This document shows, piece by piece, positions 30,056 to 41,100 of a DNA stretch of 64,000 nt (position 1 is the first letter of the stretch; each line of letters opens with the position of its first letter). The notes under the pieces were generated by a model. The model made no database searches, was not told where the DNA came from, and saw only the letters and a program-made list of their open reading frames with translations. The DNA is taken from the IMG/VR virus record IMGVR_UViG_3300025005_000002, positions 114,009 to 178,008 of that record; one strand, written 5' to 3'. Source of the stretch: a virus. A program made the position numbers and the translations under genes.

Positions 30056-30305
30056 AGTGAAGTTGTATTTCATTAGTTTGGGGTATGGTATTGCTAATTT
30101 TTTACGTGGATTAGATATTTTGGTTAATTCAATCTTGGGTGGAGATGGCAGGGAAACAATATCTAGTCGTCTTGGGAAGTATAGACATGGGCATCCAGGA
30201 GTTGAGTTTGTAGCTAAGATTGTTGATAAAATATTCTTTTGGGAAAAAAATCATACCAACACACATGAAAATCCTACTGTGGGGGATAAACAGACGTGGA
30301 ATTAA
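30048..30305 (+). CDS. Conserved-looking hypothetical phage protein
   Basis: GAGGAG RBS before ATG 30048; LDILVNSILGGDGRETISSRLGK. Confidence 0.6.
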   Translation: MDKVKLYFISLGYGIANFLRGLDILVNSILGGDGRETISSRLGKYRHGHPGVEFVAKIVDKIFFWEKNHTNTHENPTVGDKQTWN

Positions 30306-30973
30306 TTGAGGTACTAGACCATGGATATATTAAATTATTGAGGGTAGATGGTACAGATAGGGATATTGAGAATAGCGCTCGTGCTAGTTTTATAAAATCA
30401 GTAGATAAAGTGACGCCAGGATTTATTGAACGACTAGCTAAAGAAGGGCATTCTTCACCATTTCGTTGTGTTGGTCTGTGGTTTGAGATAAAGATGCCTG
30501 GTGCAGTAAAAAATCAATTTTATCGTCATGTGGTATCAAATGCTATTATAGATAGTCCTGTGTCTTGGAATGAGGTTTCATTTAGGGGGGTACATAATGA
30601 TATTGAATTTTATACACCGCATGTTAGAGCTGCTACTGGTAGGTGGGGACAGGGTGATGTTTTAAATAATGAGTTTGATATAGAATTTCAAAGAGATCTT
30701 AAAGATTTTTATACAAAAGGGTTAGATTATTATAATCGTTGGATTGTGAGGGGTGCATCTGCAGAACATGCTAGATCTTTTTTGCCTTTTTATAATATAT
30801 ATACGGTTGTTAGGAGTAGGATGAGTTTAGAGGCAGCATGTCATTTCTATAAATTAAGGAGTGATTCTCATGCTCAACTTGAGATACAACAATATGCTGC
30901 TGCTATAGATATTATATGTGGTAAGTACTTTCCTATTTCATGGGAGGCACTTAAAGCAGGTATAAAGAATTGA
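30296..30973 (+). CDS. thyX: Flavin-dependent thymidylate synthase
   Basis: SARASF, GHSSPF, RH...WNEVSFR, EHARSFLP, HAQLEI. Confidence 0.88.
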   Translation: MELIEVLDHGYIKLLRVDGTDRDIENSARASFIKSVDKVTPGFIERLAKEGHSSPFRCVGLWFEIKMPGAVKNQFYRHVVSNAIIDSPVSWNEVSFRGVHNDIEFYTPHVRAATGRWGQGDVLNNEFDIEFQRDLKDFYTKGLDYYNRWIVRGASAEHARSFLPFYNIYTVVRSRMSLEAACHFYKLRSDSHAQLEIQQYAAAIDIICGKYFPISWEALKAGIKN

Positions 30974-32247
30974 GTTGTACTAATTGTCCTAAAAAGGCAA
31001 CTTGTGAGAAAATATGTCCATATATTGAGGGGTTGTTATACTCACAGACTCATAATGTTTGCAAGTATAATAATGGTGGATGTTATTATGACGTAGGAAC
31101 TGAATGTACTGTCAATAATCCTGATGGTCTTTATCAAAATTATGATGGTGAGTATGGGACCTGTAATGAAACTAGGTGTTCTAAATTTAATGGGTGTGCA
31201 TTTGGGTATTCTTGTTGGACTACGGGATGTAATGTTAGCACGTGTGAAAATTATGATCCGATAGAAAAGGGTCAGGTGTTTAAATTTGGTGTTGAAAATG
31301 GGTTTAGGAAAGAGATAGCATACGATTCGGGTGCCCTAGATATAATTAAGCATAAGTTGACTAATTATTTTGATTTAGATCGGGATGAAGAGCAAGTTGA
31401 GGTACCTATTGGTAATATAGAAGATATTGTACATGTTGCTGGATTGGATTGTAGATCTTGTAAACTTAGGAATAAGTGTAATGCTTTAAAATTGTGCAAA
31501 AAGATGGCGGCTATTTTAACTACTGCTATTGTCGATAATATTGAGGGAGAATTTGAAAATATGAAGGTTAAAATCTTGTCTGGGTCTAAGTATGTTACAC
31601 CAGAGATTAGACTTAAACTTATTAAATTGCTTAAATGTGAGAAATTTTTATCAAAAAGACAGAGGGATGTATTGTGGTTGCATTATATAGAGGGAGTACC
31701 TCAAAAGGATATAAAGGATATCCTTTCAGCGTATAGGTGTTCTAGTGAGAATTGTGTATTCTTTAGTCCTAAAAAAGTTGATGTATGCCCTAGGTGTGGG
31801 GCCAATGAATTTATTCATACTAATATCACATCACAAGCAGTAAATAGGTATATTAAATGGGGGTTGTCAAATATACGTAAAAAGTTTTTGATTGACCTAG
31901 ATATGTTTGATACTCCGGAGTATAATAAGGAGTGTGTGGTGTGTGGGAAACCATTTAAGACGAAATATAAACATCAACAATTTTGTATCGAGGAATGTAG
32001 GGTTAAGTTATATACTAAGAAACGTAGGGATGTGCGTAGGAAAAGGAGAACCCTAGCACGTAAAAGTAAGGTAAAACAAATTGTCAAGCAGAGAAAGTGT
32101 GCCAATCCGGATTGTGGCATAATATTTACACCTAAACCATTTCAGATATATCACTCTAAGAGTTGTAGGTTGAGGGTAACTAGAACAAATTATATAATAC
32201 ATATCCCAAATATCCATGATGTTGGTGGTAGGATTAAAAGACGTTAA
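30970..32247 (+). CDS. Cys-rich protein with a sigma-70 region 4-like HTH (putative late transcription regulator)
   Basis: LSKRQRDVLWLHYIEGVPQKDI...NITSQAVNRYIKWGLSNIRK; multiple CxxC clusters; lies just upstream of the terminase genes. Confidence 0.65.
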   Translation: MSCTNCPKKATCEKICPYIEGLLYSQTHNVCKYNNGGCYYDVGTECTVNNPDGLYQNYDGEYGTCNETRCSKFNGCAFGYSCWTTGCNVSTCENYDPIEKGQVFKFGVENGFRKEIAYDSGALDIIKHKLTNYFDLDRDEEQVEVPIGNIEDIVHVAGLDCRSCKLRNKCNALKLCKKMAAILTTAIVDNIEGEFENMKVKILSGSKYVTPEIRLKLIKLLKCEKFLSKRQRDVLWLHYIEGVPQKDIKDILSAYRCSSENCVFFSPKKVDVCPRCGANEFIHTNITSQAVNRYIKWGLSNIRKKFLIDLDMFDTPEYNKECVVCGKPFKTKYKHQQFCIEECRVKLYTKKRRDVRRKRRTLARKSKVKQIVKQRKCANPDCGIIFTPKPFQIYHSKSCRLRVTRTNYIIHIPNIHDVGGRIKRR

Positions 32248-32306
32248 TCCAATTTACGTATATACAATAATATATATTTGTTTAAAAAACATAAGAAGTA
32301 AATTTA

Positions 32307-32885
32307 ATGAGGTGGCTAATGAGTGTTCCTTCTATTGAGGTCCGTGATCTTATTTGGGATATGGCCCTAAAATTAAGGCCTTCATATGTTATAGCACGGG
32401 AGTTGGGATTAGATATTACCGATGTTATTGATGTTGTGGCCCAGTATCGTATTGCTCTAGATAAGAAAATTCAAGATAATCCTGACCTATTAGACCGTAA
32501 ATTGGCCAATATATTTGGGCAATTAGAAGAGTTGGATTTGGTTAAGAAGGAAGCATGGGCTACATATGAAGGTATCCCGTCAGATAATACTAATTCTAAA
32601 GCCAAATTGTTAAAATTGATTACTGATGTTGAAGCCCAGCGTAGCCAAATCCTTCAATTACTTGGTAGTGATAAGGATGCAATTACAAGATTACAATTAG
32701 CCCAGTCTACACAAAATCAATTTGTCAATATTGTTAAGGGTGTTGTGTCTGGATGCCCCAAATGTCTGGAGGGACTTAAGCGGGCATTACAGTCTGGACG
32801 CGTTAAGATAGTCATAGAAGATACTCGGCCAGTAAATGTTGTAGAAACTGAATTAATTAATGCACTTCCATTAGAGAATAATTAA
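32307..32885 (+). CDS. Putative terminase small subunit
   Basis: N-terminal HTH-like segment (VIARELG), helical body, directly upstream of and coupled to TerL. Confidence 0.45.
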   Translation: MRWLMSVPSIEVRDLIWDMALKLRPSYVIARELGLDITDVIDVVAQYRIALDKKIQDNPDLLDRKLANIFGQLEELDLVKKEAWATYEGIPSDNTNSKAKLLKLITDVEAQRSQILQLLGSDKDAITRLQLAQSTQNQFVNIVKGVVSGCPKCLEGLKRALQSGRVKIVIEDTRPVNVVETELINALPLENN

Positions 32886-35839
32886 TGGAAGGTAATAATA
32901 ATGGTAATTTTTATACTTCATTGGATCAATTAGCCAATGATTTTGTGGAGTATGCTGATGCGGACGTGCGGGCCAGATATAGAGATAATCCACTAGAATA
33001 TTTTAAAAAATTTCATGGGTTTATTCTCCCGCCTATCTTAGATTGGATATTTCGTAAAATATATGATATGGCCAAAGATTCAGTTGATAATGGTGTACGT
33101 TCTAATGGTCTTGATATTATCATATGTGCAGCTCGAGGAAGTGGTAAGTCGTTGTTTGCATCGATGCTTGAGTTTGCGTTGTGGTATTTTTTGGATTCTG
33201 ATTGTCTAAATGCCGCTGGATCGCTCCATAAAGATACTGCAATTATTACAAATCGCGGTAGTGTCCCAATCAGTGATGTGGTGGTAGGTGATATGGTCGT
33301 GTGTTCTGATGGTAGATGGCACAATGTGCTTGGGAGATCGGTAACAAATATTGGTACGCCATGGGTTCAATTAAGAGTATTTGGTAGTAATATACCAACG
33401 ATTTTAACTGTTGATCATAAAGTTTTGACACAGCGTGGGTTTGTCTCGGCAGGAGAACTAACGCAGGCTGATTATGTTATCCTTCAAGGGAACAAAGAAC
33501 AAACATATATACCGACAATTGAATGGGATATCCCAAATAATTGTTCGGGTAAATATAGAATTAAATTGAATAAATTAATGAATATGTCATTTCATGAACC
33601 AGATTTTTATAGGTTGATTGGGTATTATTTGGCTGAGGGTTGTTCTGGGGGTAGCAATAGTTTGGGTAAAAATCATGGAAGTATTGTTTTTAGTCTGTCA
33701 GCTGATAATGATGGTGATATCATAGCAGACCTTAAGACATTAATCCCGAGATATATGCTTTGTGATGTTAAGATCGAAGAACGCCCACTCAAACGTGAGT
33801 CTGTTACAATGGTTCGTTGTGCTAGTCCGGCTTTTAGAAATTTTTTTGGTCAGTTTGGGGCAGATGCTATGCACAAGAAATTACCGTATGAATGGTTGGC
33901 CATGGATAATGAATATATTAGACAATTGGTGCGTGGTATGTGGTTGGGAGATGGACATATTAGAAGGACTAAAAATTTGTGGAATTATGAGAGATCTGAA
34001 GCTGGGTATACTACAACATCACAACAATTAGCAATATGGGTTAGAATGGCTTTGGCTAAACTTGGTATAGCAAGTTCTATATCTAAACAAAAAGTACCGT
34101 CAATTAATATGGCATCAACTAAGAAATTTAAAAATACCCAACCATATAGGTATAATATAAGTGTTTATGGGTCTGCTTTTTATAAGTTGATGACAGAAGT
34201 ATTAAATAAAGATGTTAGCTGGGTGTGGAATAGGACAGATAAACCATATGATGTATTTGGGTATGAAAAATCGAGGTGTGATGGAGACAAAATATTATAC
34301 AAAGTAAAATCGGTTGTACTATTAGAAGAATGTTTTGATCATTATGATATTCAGGTAGAAGGTATCCATGATTTTTGTACATTAAATGGTGTTGTGCATA
34401 ATTCTGAAGACCAGGCATCAATTGTTTATTCGTATACATGTTCTTATATTGACAATGATGCAAAAGTATCTAGCGTTGTTGATAAACGTACTATATCTGT
34501 CACCAATAAAAAGGGGCCTGCTCCTACGCCAGTTTTGAAATGTTTGACTAGTTCACCTAAGAGCTTGCGAGGCCACCATCCGGGAGCATTGCGTAAAGCC
34601 CCCGGATTGTTGGTCTTGGATGAAGCGGCAGAAATTGTTGATGGGCTAATGAAGCAGGCATTGCCGATGACTAAAGAAGCAAGGCCTCCTTTTAACTTGA
34701 TTATCTCAACGTTTCATCATGCGTTTGGTGATTTCCAGGATTTTTGGGATAATGCTGAGGCTCGTGGATTCCTGAAAATTTCTATGGATTCGTTTGATGT
34801 GTGTGAAAAATGCATCGATGATTGTACTAAATGTATACCAGAATTTGATGAAACTTATTGTCAATTGATATGTGGATGTTATTTTAATTTTGAGATCCCA
34901 CGTGAGCAATTACCTATGTGGGTGCGATTCCATTACCAGGAGCGACTTGATGAGACGAGACTTGATCAAAAACCAGCAAATTGTATATATCCAAAGTTAT
35001 GTAATGAGTGTCCACAGAGAGAAACATGTGGAGCAATTAAAGTAAAGATTAAGCAGCCTGGAGACTTTGGTAGAATATGTGAAAAATGTGGTGAAAAGGT
35101 AGACCATAAGGCTAGACGTAGTGCTGGGCACTTTCCAGTTGAAGAAGTGCGTAAAGCTTGGAAACGTAATGATAAAACTACATTTGAAGTTGAGTATATG
35201 GGCTGGCGTCCAGGTCGTGGTATTTTTGTTCTTGACCCATATGAGATTGATAAGGCCATAGTACCAGATGAACAGTGTTATTATAAAAGGGGATTTGGTT
35301 CTACATTTTTGGGGATTGACTGGGGTGCCGCTGGTACTACAGCTATGGCGGTAGTGCAGTATATGACGGACGAATTTGTTAATATTATCGCGTATCATTC
35401 GTTAAATGCTCCATCAGATACTGATTGTTATCAGCTTGTTGCAGACCTATCTAAGCAATATGGTATATCAATGGTGTTACCAGATAGTTCGCATGTGTTC
35501 CAAAATATGCATATGCAAAAAGAATTGGGATTAGTGGTTAATCCAATTAATTTTACTGTTCAGAAGGAAGCAGGAGTTGGGGCTATGCGTATGAAGTTTG
35601 AACGTAGACAGGTAAGAATACCAGAGCGATATCGGCAGACTTTATGTAAAGATTTAAAGAATTGGCGTAGAGATGCGAGTGGTAATATAATTAAGAAGAA
35701 TGATCATGGTCCAGATGCATTGTTGTGTGCAATGATTAATAGTACATCGTTTGGTTCGGCTGCAACGTACTTTACTGGAGATAATGAAGAAAAGGTTAGA
35801 AAGACCTATTATGATCGCTGGGATCAATCAATATTTTAA
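32885..35839 (+). CDS. terL: Terminase large subunit with intein
   Basis: Walker A ARGSGKS, spliced AAGSEDQA motif, Walker B LVLDEA, nuclease GIDWG and DHGPDAL. Confidence 0.92.
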   Translation: MEGNNNGNFYTSLDQLANDFVEYADADVRARYRDNPLEYFKKFHGFILPPILDWIFRKIYDMAKDSVDNGVRSNGLDIIICAARGSGKSLFASMLEFALWYFLDSDCLNAAGSLHKDTAIITNRGSVPISDVVVGDMVVCSDGRWHNVLGRSVTNIGTPWVQLRVFGSNIPTILTVDHKVLTQRGFVSAGELTQADYVILQGNKEQTYIPTIEWDIPNNCSGKYRIKLNKLMNMSFHEPDFYRLIGYYLAEGCSGGSNSLGKNHGSIVFSLSADNDGDIIADLKTLIPRYMLCDVKIEERPLKRESVTMVRCASPAFRNFFGQFGADAMHKKLPYEWLAMDNEYIRQLVRGMWLGDGHIRRTKNLWNYERSEAGYTTTSQQLAIWVRMALAKLGIASSISKQKVPSINMASTKKFKNTQPYRYNISVYGSAFYKLMTEVLNKDVSWVWNRTDKPYDVFGYEKSRCDGDKILYKVKSVVLLEECFDHYDIQVEGIHDFCTLNGVVHNSEDQASIVYSYTCSYIDNDAKVSSVVDKRTISVTNKKGPAPTPVLKCLTSSPKSLRGHHPGALRKAPGLLVLDEAAEIVDGLMKQALPMTKEARPPFNLIISTFHHAFGDFQDFWDNAEARGFLKISMDSFDVCEKCIDDCTKCIPEFDETYCQLICGCYFNFEIPREQLPMWVRFHYQERLDETRLDQKPANCIYPKLCNECPQRETCGAIKVKIKQPGDFGRICEKCGEKVDHKARRSAGHFPVEEVRKAWKRNDKTTFEVEYMGWRPGRGIFVLDPYEIDKAIVPDEQCYYKRGFGSTFLGIDWGAAGTTAMAVVQYMTDEFVNIIAYHSLNAPSDTDCYQLVADLSKQYGISMVLPDSSHVFQNMHMQKELGLVVNPINFTVQKEAGVGAMRMKFERRQVRIPERYRQTLCKDLKNWRRDASGNIIKKNDHGPDALLCAMINSTSFGSAATYFTGDNEEKVRKTYYDRWDQSIF
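33221..34402 (+). mobile_element. Intein (394 aa) in TerL, carrying a LAGLIDADG endonuclease
   Basis: Starts SLHKDTAII, ends YDIQVEGIHDF...VVHN before the extein Ser; LIGYYLAEG and LVRGMWLGDG motifs. Confidence 0.92.
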
Positions 35840-35853
35840 AATTGGAGGATGTT

Positions 35854-36135
35854 ATGAGTGGTGAATTGATTTGCCAGAATGAGAATTGTGCTAAGACGTT
35901 TATTCCTATGTTTGAGGGACAACTTTATTGCACCAAGAAATGTAAACGTGCTCGTATAATGAGGCGTAATAGAGGGAAAAAGAATGCAAATGTTTACAGT
36001 GCTAGGATCGCAGATACTAAGATATGTCAGCATTGTCAAAAGGTTATACAACGTGATCCAAAGACACCAGATTACCAGTGGGAAATGCAAAAGTATCATA
36101 AGAAATGTTATGAAGGCATACATACGATAGCCTGA
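35854..36135 (+). CDS. Small zinc-finger protein
   Basis: GGAGG RBS; CQNENC..F.P...QLYC..KC and CQHC motifs. Confidence 0.6.
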   Translation: MSGELICQNENCAKTFIPMFEGQLYCTKKCKRARIMRRNRGKKNANVYSARIADTKICQHCQKVIQRDPKTPDYQWEMQKYHKKCYEGIHTIA

Positions 36136-36147
36136 TTGGAGGACGAG

Positions 36148-38178
36148 ATGGGACTAATAAATCGATTGTTTGGTTCTGCAAAATTAGAGGAGTCACTTAT
36201 TGAGGTAGAATCAACAGTGGGTCATTTAGAAAGAACTGTTGATGCTGCAAGAGAAATACATGAATCGGCTATGATCAATATGCTAAATGATTTGGAATCG
36301 GAGAATGCTGGGTGGCGCAATATCGGTACAGCTAACGATTCTATTAGAGACTTTACTACTGACACTCATAGAGAATTGAGTAGAATGGCGTGGTCAGCGG
36401 TTATGACCAATCCAATTGCTGCTCGTGAAATTTTTTATAAGACAGTATTTGTGGCTGGTAAGGGACTGCGTTGTACTTCACAGATTCCAGAGATTACAAA
36501 GGTTTTAGATGAGTTCTGGACTGCAACACGTAATAAAATTCCTTATTATTTCCCTATGTATATTAACCGGTACAATATTGATGGTGAATGTTTTTTTGCG
36601 TTATTTATAGAGAAACAAAGTGGAAAAGTTACACTTAGGGATATTGAACCACAGGAAATTACAGAAATCTTGTATGACCCCGATGATATCGCTGTTCCTG
36701 TTTATTTCAGGCGTCAGTTTTGTAAGACTAGTGGGGCAAAAGGTACAAACCAAAGTACAGAGACGAAGGATATTTGGTATAAGAGTGTGGATTGTATACA
36801 ACACCCACAGTTGGAAAAAGAAGTAAGATTACCAGATAATGCAGAGGTTGCGGGGAATGACGAGAAGAATATAGATATATTTATTTTCCATTTTAAGAAT
36901 AGCTTACTTACAAATAGGCGACGTGGACTTTCTACATTAACTAATCATCTGCCTTGGTTACGTGAATATAAGGATATCCTTAGAATGCGTACTGGTATTA
37001 ATAAGGCGCGATCAACATTTTTCCTTGATGTTACTATGAAGAACGCGACTAAATTACAGATTCAGGAAGAATCTAAGAAACATACATCTCCACCAAGGCC
37101 AAACACTTGTGTTGTTCATGGTGACGATGTTATATATTCATTTATGACACCAAATGTAGCTGGTACCGATGTGGCGTCCGACCTAACAGAGATTAAGAAT
37201 ATGTCGGCTGTTGGATCTATGTTGCCACCAGATTTGCTTGGAGAATCAGGCAAGTCAAATTATCAAAATTCTGGGAGAAGTAAATTTCCATTTGTGCGGT
37301 CTATGGAATTTCAGCAAGAATTATGGGAGTATGCACTTAAGTATGGTATTATGTGGGTTGTAGTGTGGGCAGCTACTGAGTATGGTGAGTTACCAGGATC
37401 TTTTAAGGTAGCCAAGAAGTTGAATATCTCTTCATTAGCGCTTACACAAGAAGGTGATTTATATGATATAAATACTATGGCCATACAAAATGAGAAGGTA
37501 ACTAAGGTTGTTAAGCAGCACATTAAGAATCTATTAGAGGCTGCAGCGGTTGCTCCTACTGATGTCACTGGTGCACCAGCTCCAATGCAGCAAATGCCTG
37601 GGGTACCTACACCACAGGGGCAACCAATTCCTGGTGGAGACCCAGCTAAAGCTGAAGGTGCAATGGATGATTATGTTATTATAACAATGAGTGAAGAAGT
37701 TGATGCAGTAGATTTGGTTGATGTTCAATTCCCAAGGATTGATACTGAGAATCTTGGTGATATGGCGATGGCGTTCCAAGCGTTTGATGCTATGAAGATT
37801 GTGTCCAAGCGTACACTTGCTAAACTTGCTGGGTTCGACTATGAGAAGGAAAAGGAATTAGTTGCACAAGAGACTGCTGAAGCGATGAAGACTATGGAAG
37901 ATCAGCAGGCTAAATTAGCAGGTAATCCAGCATTGGGTGGTGGTGTTAATCCGATGCCTGGTGGCCCAAACCAAACAGATATAAATAGTCCTGGTACCCC
38001 TGGATTTGGTGGTGCGCCGCCACAACCTCCAGCTGCCAATTCGGCTGGCAATATCCAGGCAGTATTGGCTGACATATTAAACCGTCCAGGTAGGGCTAAG
38101 AAGCGTGGACCAATTAATGAATCACGTTTAATGGTAGCACATAAGTTAGTAGAGGCATTTTTGGTGGAGGATAAATAG
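36148..38178 (+). CDS. Portal protein
   Basis: Follows TerL; NPIA, IDGECF, RRRGLSTL, YKDIL..R motifs; GGAGG RBS. Confidence 0.8.
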   Translation: MGLINRLFGSAKLEESLIEVESTVGHLERTVDAAREIHESAMINMLNDLESENAGWRNIGTANDSIRDFTTDTHRELSRMAWSAVMTNPIAAREIFYKTVFVAGKGLRCTSQIPEITKVLDEFWTATRNKIPYYFPMYINRYNIDGECFFALFIEKQSGKVTLRDIEPQEITEILYDPDDIAVPVYFRRQFCKTSGAKGTNQSTETKDIWYKSVDCIQHPQLEKEVRLPDNAEVAGNDEKNIDIFIFHFKNSLLTNRRRGLSTLTNHLPWLREYKDILRMRTGINKARSTFFLDVTMKNATKLQIQEESKKHTSPPRPNTCVVHGDDVIYSFMTPNVAGTDVASDLTEIKNMSAVGSMLPPDLLGESGKSNYQNSGRSKFPFVRSMEFQQELWEYALKYGIMWVVVWAATEYGELPGSFKVAKKLNISSLALTQEGDLYDINTMAIQNEKVTKVVKQHIKNLLEAAAVAPTDVTGAPAPMQQMPGVPTPQGQPIPGGDPAKAEGAMDDYVIITMSEEVDAVDLVDVQFPRIDTENLGDMAMAFQAFDAMKIVSKRTLAKLAGFDYEKEKELVAQETAEAMKTMEDQQAKLAGNPALGGGVNPMPGGPNQTDINSPGTPGFGGAPPQPPAANSAGNIQAVLADILNRPGRAKKRGPINESRLMVAHKLVEAFLVEDK

Positions 38179-41100
38179 TGCCAAGGAAGACTCATAAGGA
38201 ATACATTAATGAATATACACGTGTATATTTTGAATATTATACCGCTTTAACACAGGGAAGACAAGAAGTCGCAGACGAATATTATAATGAATTAACAAGA
38301 ATTTCTAGTGAATATGTTATAGACGGTGGCAAAGCCAACACACTAGTTGATGCTGCTACGTTCTCTGTTCGTGCACAGTTAATAGACCCAATTGAAGATA
38401 GGTTAGCTGATTTGGTTGTAAATAAACCTGTAGTTGGGGGTGTTAATAAAGAGGCCTTACGTGTAAGTGGTGTGGGTAATAGGTTTGGTACTCAGATTAT
38501 GATTGATGGTGATGAACGAAGGCTGTATATTGGCATGGGTAATAATAGTATGAATGCATTTGCTGTTGAGGCTGGATTTAACCAAGTAGTTGATGTTGAA
38601 GAGGCAAAAAGGATTAAGAAATTACAGGGGTTGTTTATGGAGGTCAATGACGACATAGCTGAGATAACGGTAGCTCTCAATGCTAAGGGAACGTTGTCTC
38701 CTGGGGCCAACAAGTTTGTTGGTACAAAATTTGATCCTGGTGCATTGATGAGGAAGTTGGTTGATAAGAGAAAACAATGGAATCAGATAGTTGAAGAGCT
38801 TGGTGCAACTATTTCTAGTAGATATAATACTGATATTGTGTTACCTAGTAATGATATAGAATATACCAGAAATGTTGGGAAAACCATTAGGCAGAATCCT
38901 CTTATTAACCTATACATGCATCAAAATATTTTGCCTTATTTACAATATCGTAGTGGTGAAGAATTGCCGATTGGAAAGGCATTGGATTTAGTAAGTAATG
39001 TTGAGTTTTTTGATGGTAATATTAAGGATGATGGATATTGGGTGATTAAGAAGATTGAAGTAGACCATGGCGTTGGGGCTATATTAGTAAAGCATAAAAG
39101 AAGTGGTAGGGTTATTGCTTATGTCCCACCAGTAAGAAAAACCCACATAGATGCGCTTAAACAAATATTTAAAGATCCAGACATGCCTATTGATATGTTG
39201 TTTATTGATATGAGATATAGCGATGTTTCTAGTATGTTAATGGCTGACCCGTCGGTTACAACAAGATCGTATCAATATTTGACTAGTAGAGAACTTTCAG
39301 ATGCTATTGTTGATGCTTATCAACTTACGAATGAACGACCAATTAGTTATCAATTGATGAATGTTGATAATAATATGCAAGCAATAACTATAGTAAAATC
39401 TCTCGAGACTAGGTTAGTTTCTAGTGCAAATCAACGTGCTGATGTTCATATGTCACCAGTAAGCCATGATAAGAGGCCCATGATTGCTGTAATGGATAGC
39501 AAAGGGTTTGATATAAGTCCATCACAACAGACTCTAGGTGAGATCCATGATGAGATTTTAGAAATTGCAATTAAAAAGACTAGGGAAGCACGGCTTGGGT
39601 TGTCTGCGGCAGATATAGAAGATAAAAAGGTAAATTTGAGTGATGAATATGAGGTATATGGATATGCAACTGAGGATCAAGATTTAAGAACTGAAGCTGA
39701 TCAAATGTTGCATTCTGTATTGGCAGAAGAATTAGATATACCGCTTGGTGTGGAAGGTGCTATCCATGATCCACTTTATGTCCAATTTGGTGTATCTAGT
39801 GAAGTTTTCAGCGTGGTCACTGATTCTACTAAAGCAGATGCTAGTGCCTTAGCTTGGGTTAAATTACATACAAAGGAAAAACACGCAGAAGAGATTATTT
39901 CTGCAGTTAAAAGATTTAGTATGGTAGATGATGGGAAAGTCATAGATTTATCACTAATGGCTATACCAATATCACCTACTCCAGGTACTACGCTTTCAAA
40001 TGGCGAGGTTCTTATCAATCAAGCGAGAGCGGTTTATAGGCAAAATCTGCGAGATGCGGTGTTGTCGCAAGAAGTGTTTGATAAGATTATAAAATGGGAT
40101 ACATCTAAATTTGCATCAAATATTGATGCTAGGGCTGAGTTTATAAGATTAATGCATGACTATACATGGGTTAGGCCTCATTTTAATTTGGATATTGAAT
40201 GGATGAAACATGAAGAGGATGTTATTCAACAGGTATCTAGGGCTTTAATGTTTCAAACTAAACAAAATAGTGAAGACACAGTAAAAATATTCAAAGGTAC
40301 TGCGGCTAAATATTTTGGCCCGATTGATGATAAAATCATTAGTGTGTTGGGTGCTGTTGGAGTGGCGGGTAAAAAGGGAGAGGTTAATAAATTACTTAAA
40401 GAAAGAGAGCGTCTCATAGGTGTTATCGCCACCAGAATTGATAAGGATAAGGCTAAAAGTTTTGTTGTACTAAGTAAAGCAGCCTCAAACTATGGTGTGT
40501 CAATTGATGAACTTAATGATTTAGCTAGAAATACTCATGGGTTTAGTATAATAGCAGGGCTTGATGGTATTAGTGCAAATAGAGTAGAAGCCACGCGCCA
40601 AGAATTGTTGTATTTTTATAATAGGGCAAAAGCGTATGAAGAATTTATTGGATGGCTAAATAATAATCATAGTAATTTTAGAGCTGTTGTTGGCCTTAGA
40701 ATGAGTGGCGCGGTTACGATGGATCGTGTGACAGAAGCCGCATTTTCACAAGAGATAGCCAGTGCCTATATGGCTGATGGTTTGGGCAGAGAATTAGATG
40801 CTAGATTTGATCAGTTTGTCGGGTTGGTTAATGCTAAGAACTCATTTGATGCACCCGTGGCTCATTATATTAATATGATTAGGATACAAGAACTTTTACG
40901 CAGGGTAGAAGAAACCAATAGATTAGCACCAGAATATACTACATATATGAGAGAATTAGAGACTGCTATCAATAGGTTTGGTAACATTAATAATTTATTT
41001 ATAGATCCTCCGATTTATAGTGGGTATGATGCGGATATAGGTGGGCGTGTATCGACGATTTTATCTGAGATAGAGATTTTGAATTCGCCTTCAGTTAATC

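Noticed and set aside
30296-30973. ThyX with a non-canonical RHV signature as a novel base-modifying enzyme
   Set aside because: The RH/KH-VV...WNE.S.R variant is, to my knowledge, common among phage ThyX proteins, and the other motifs are intact.
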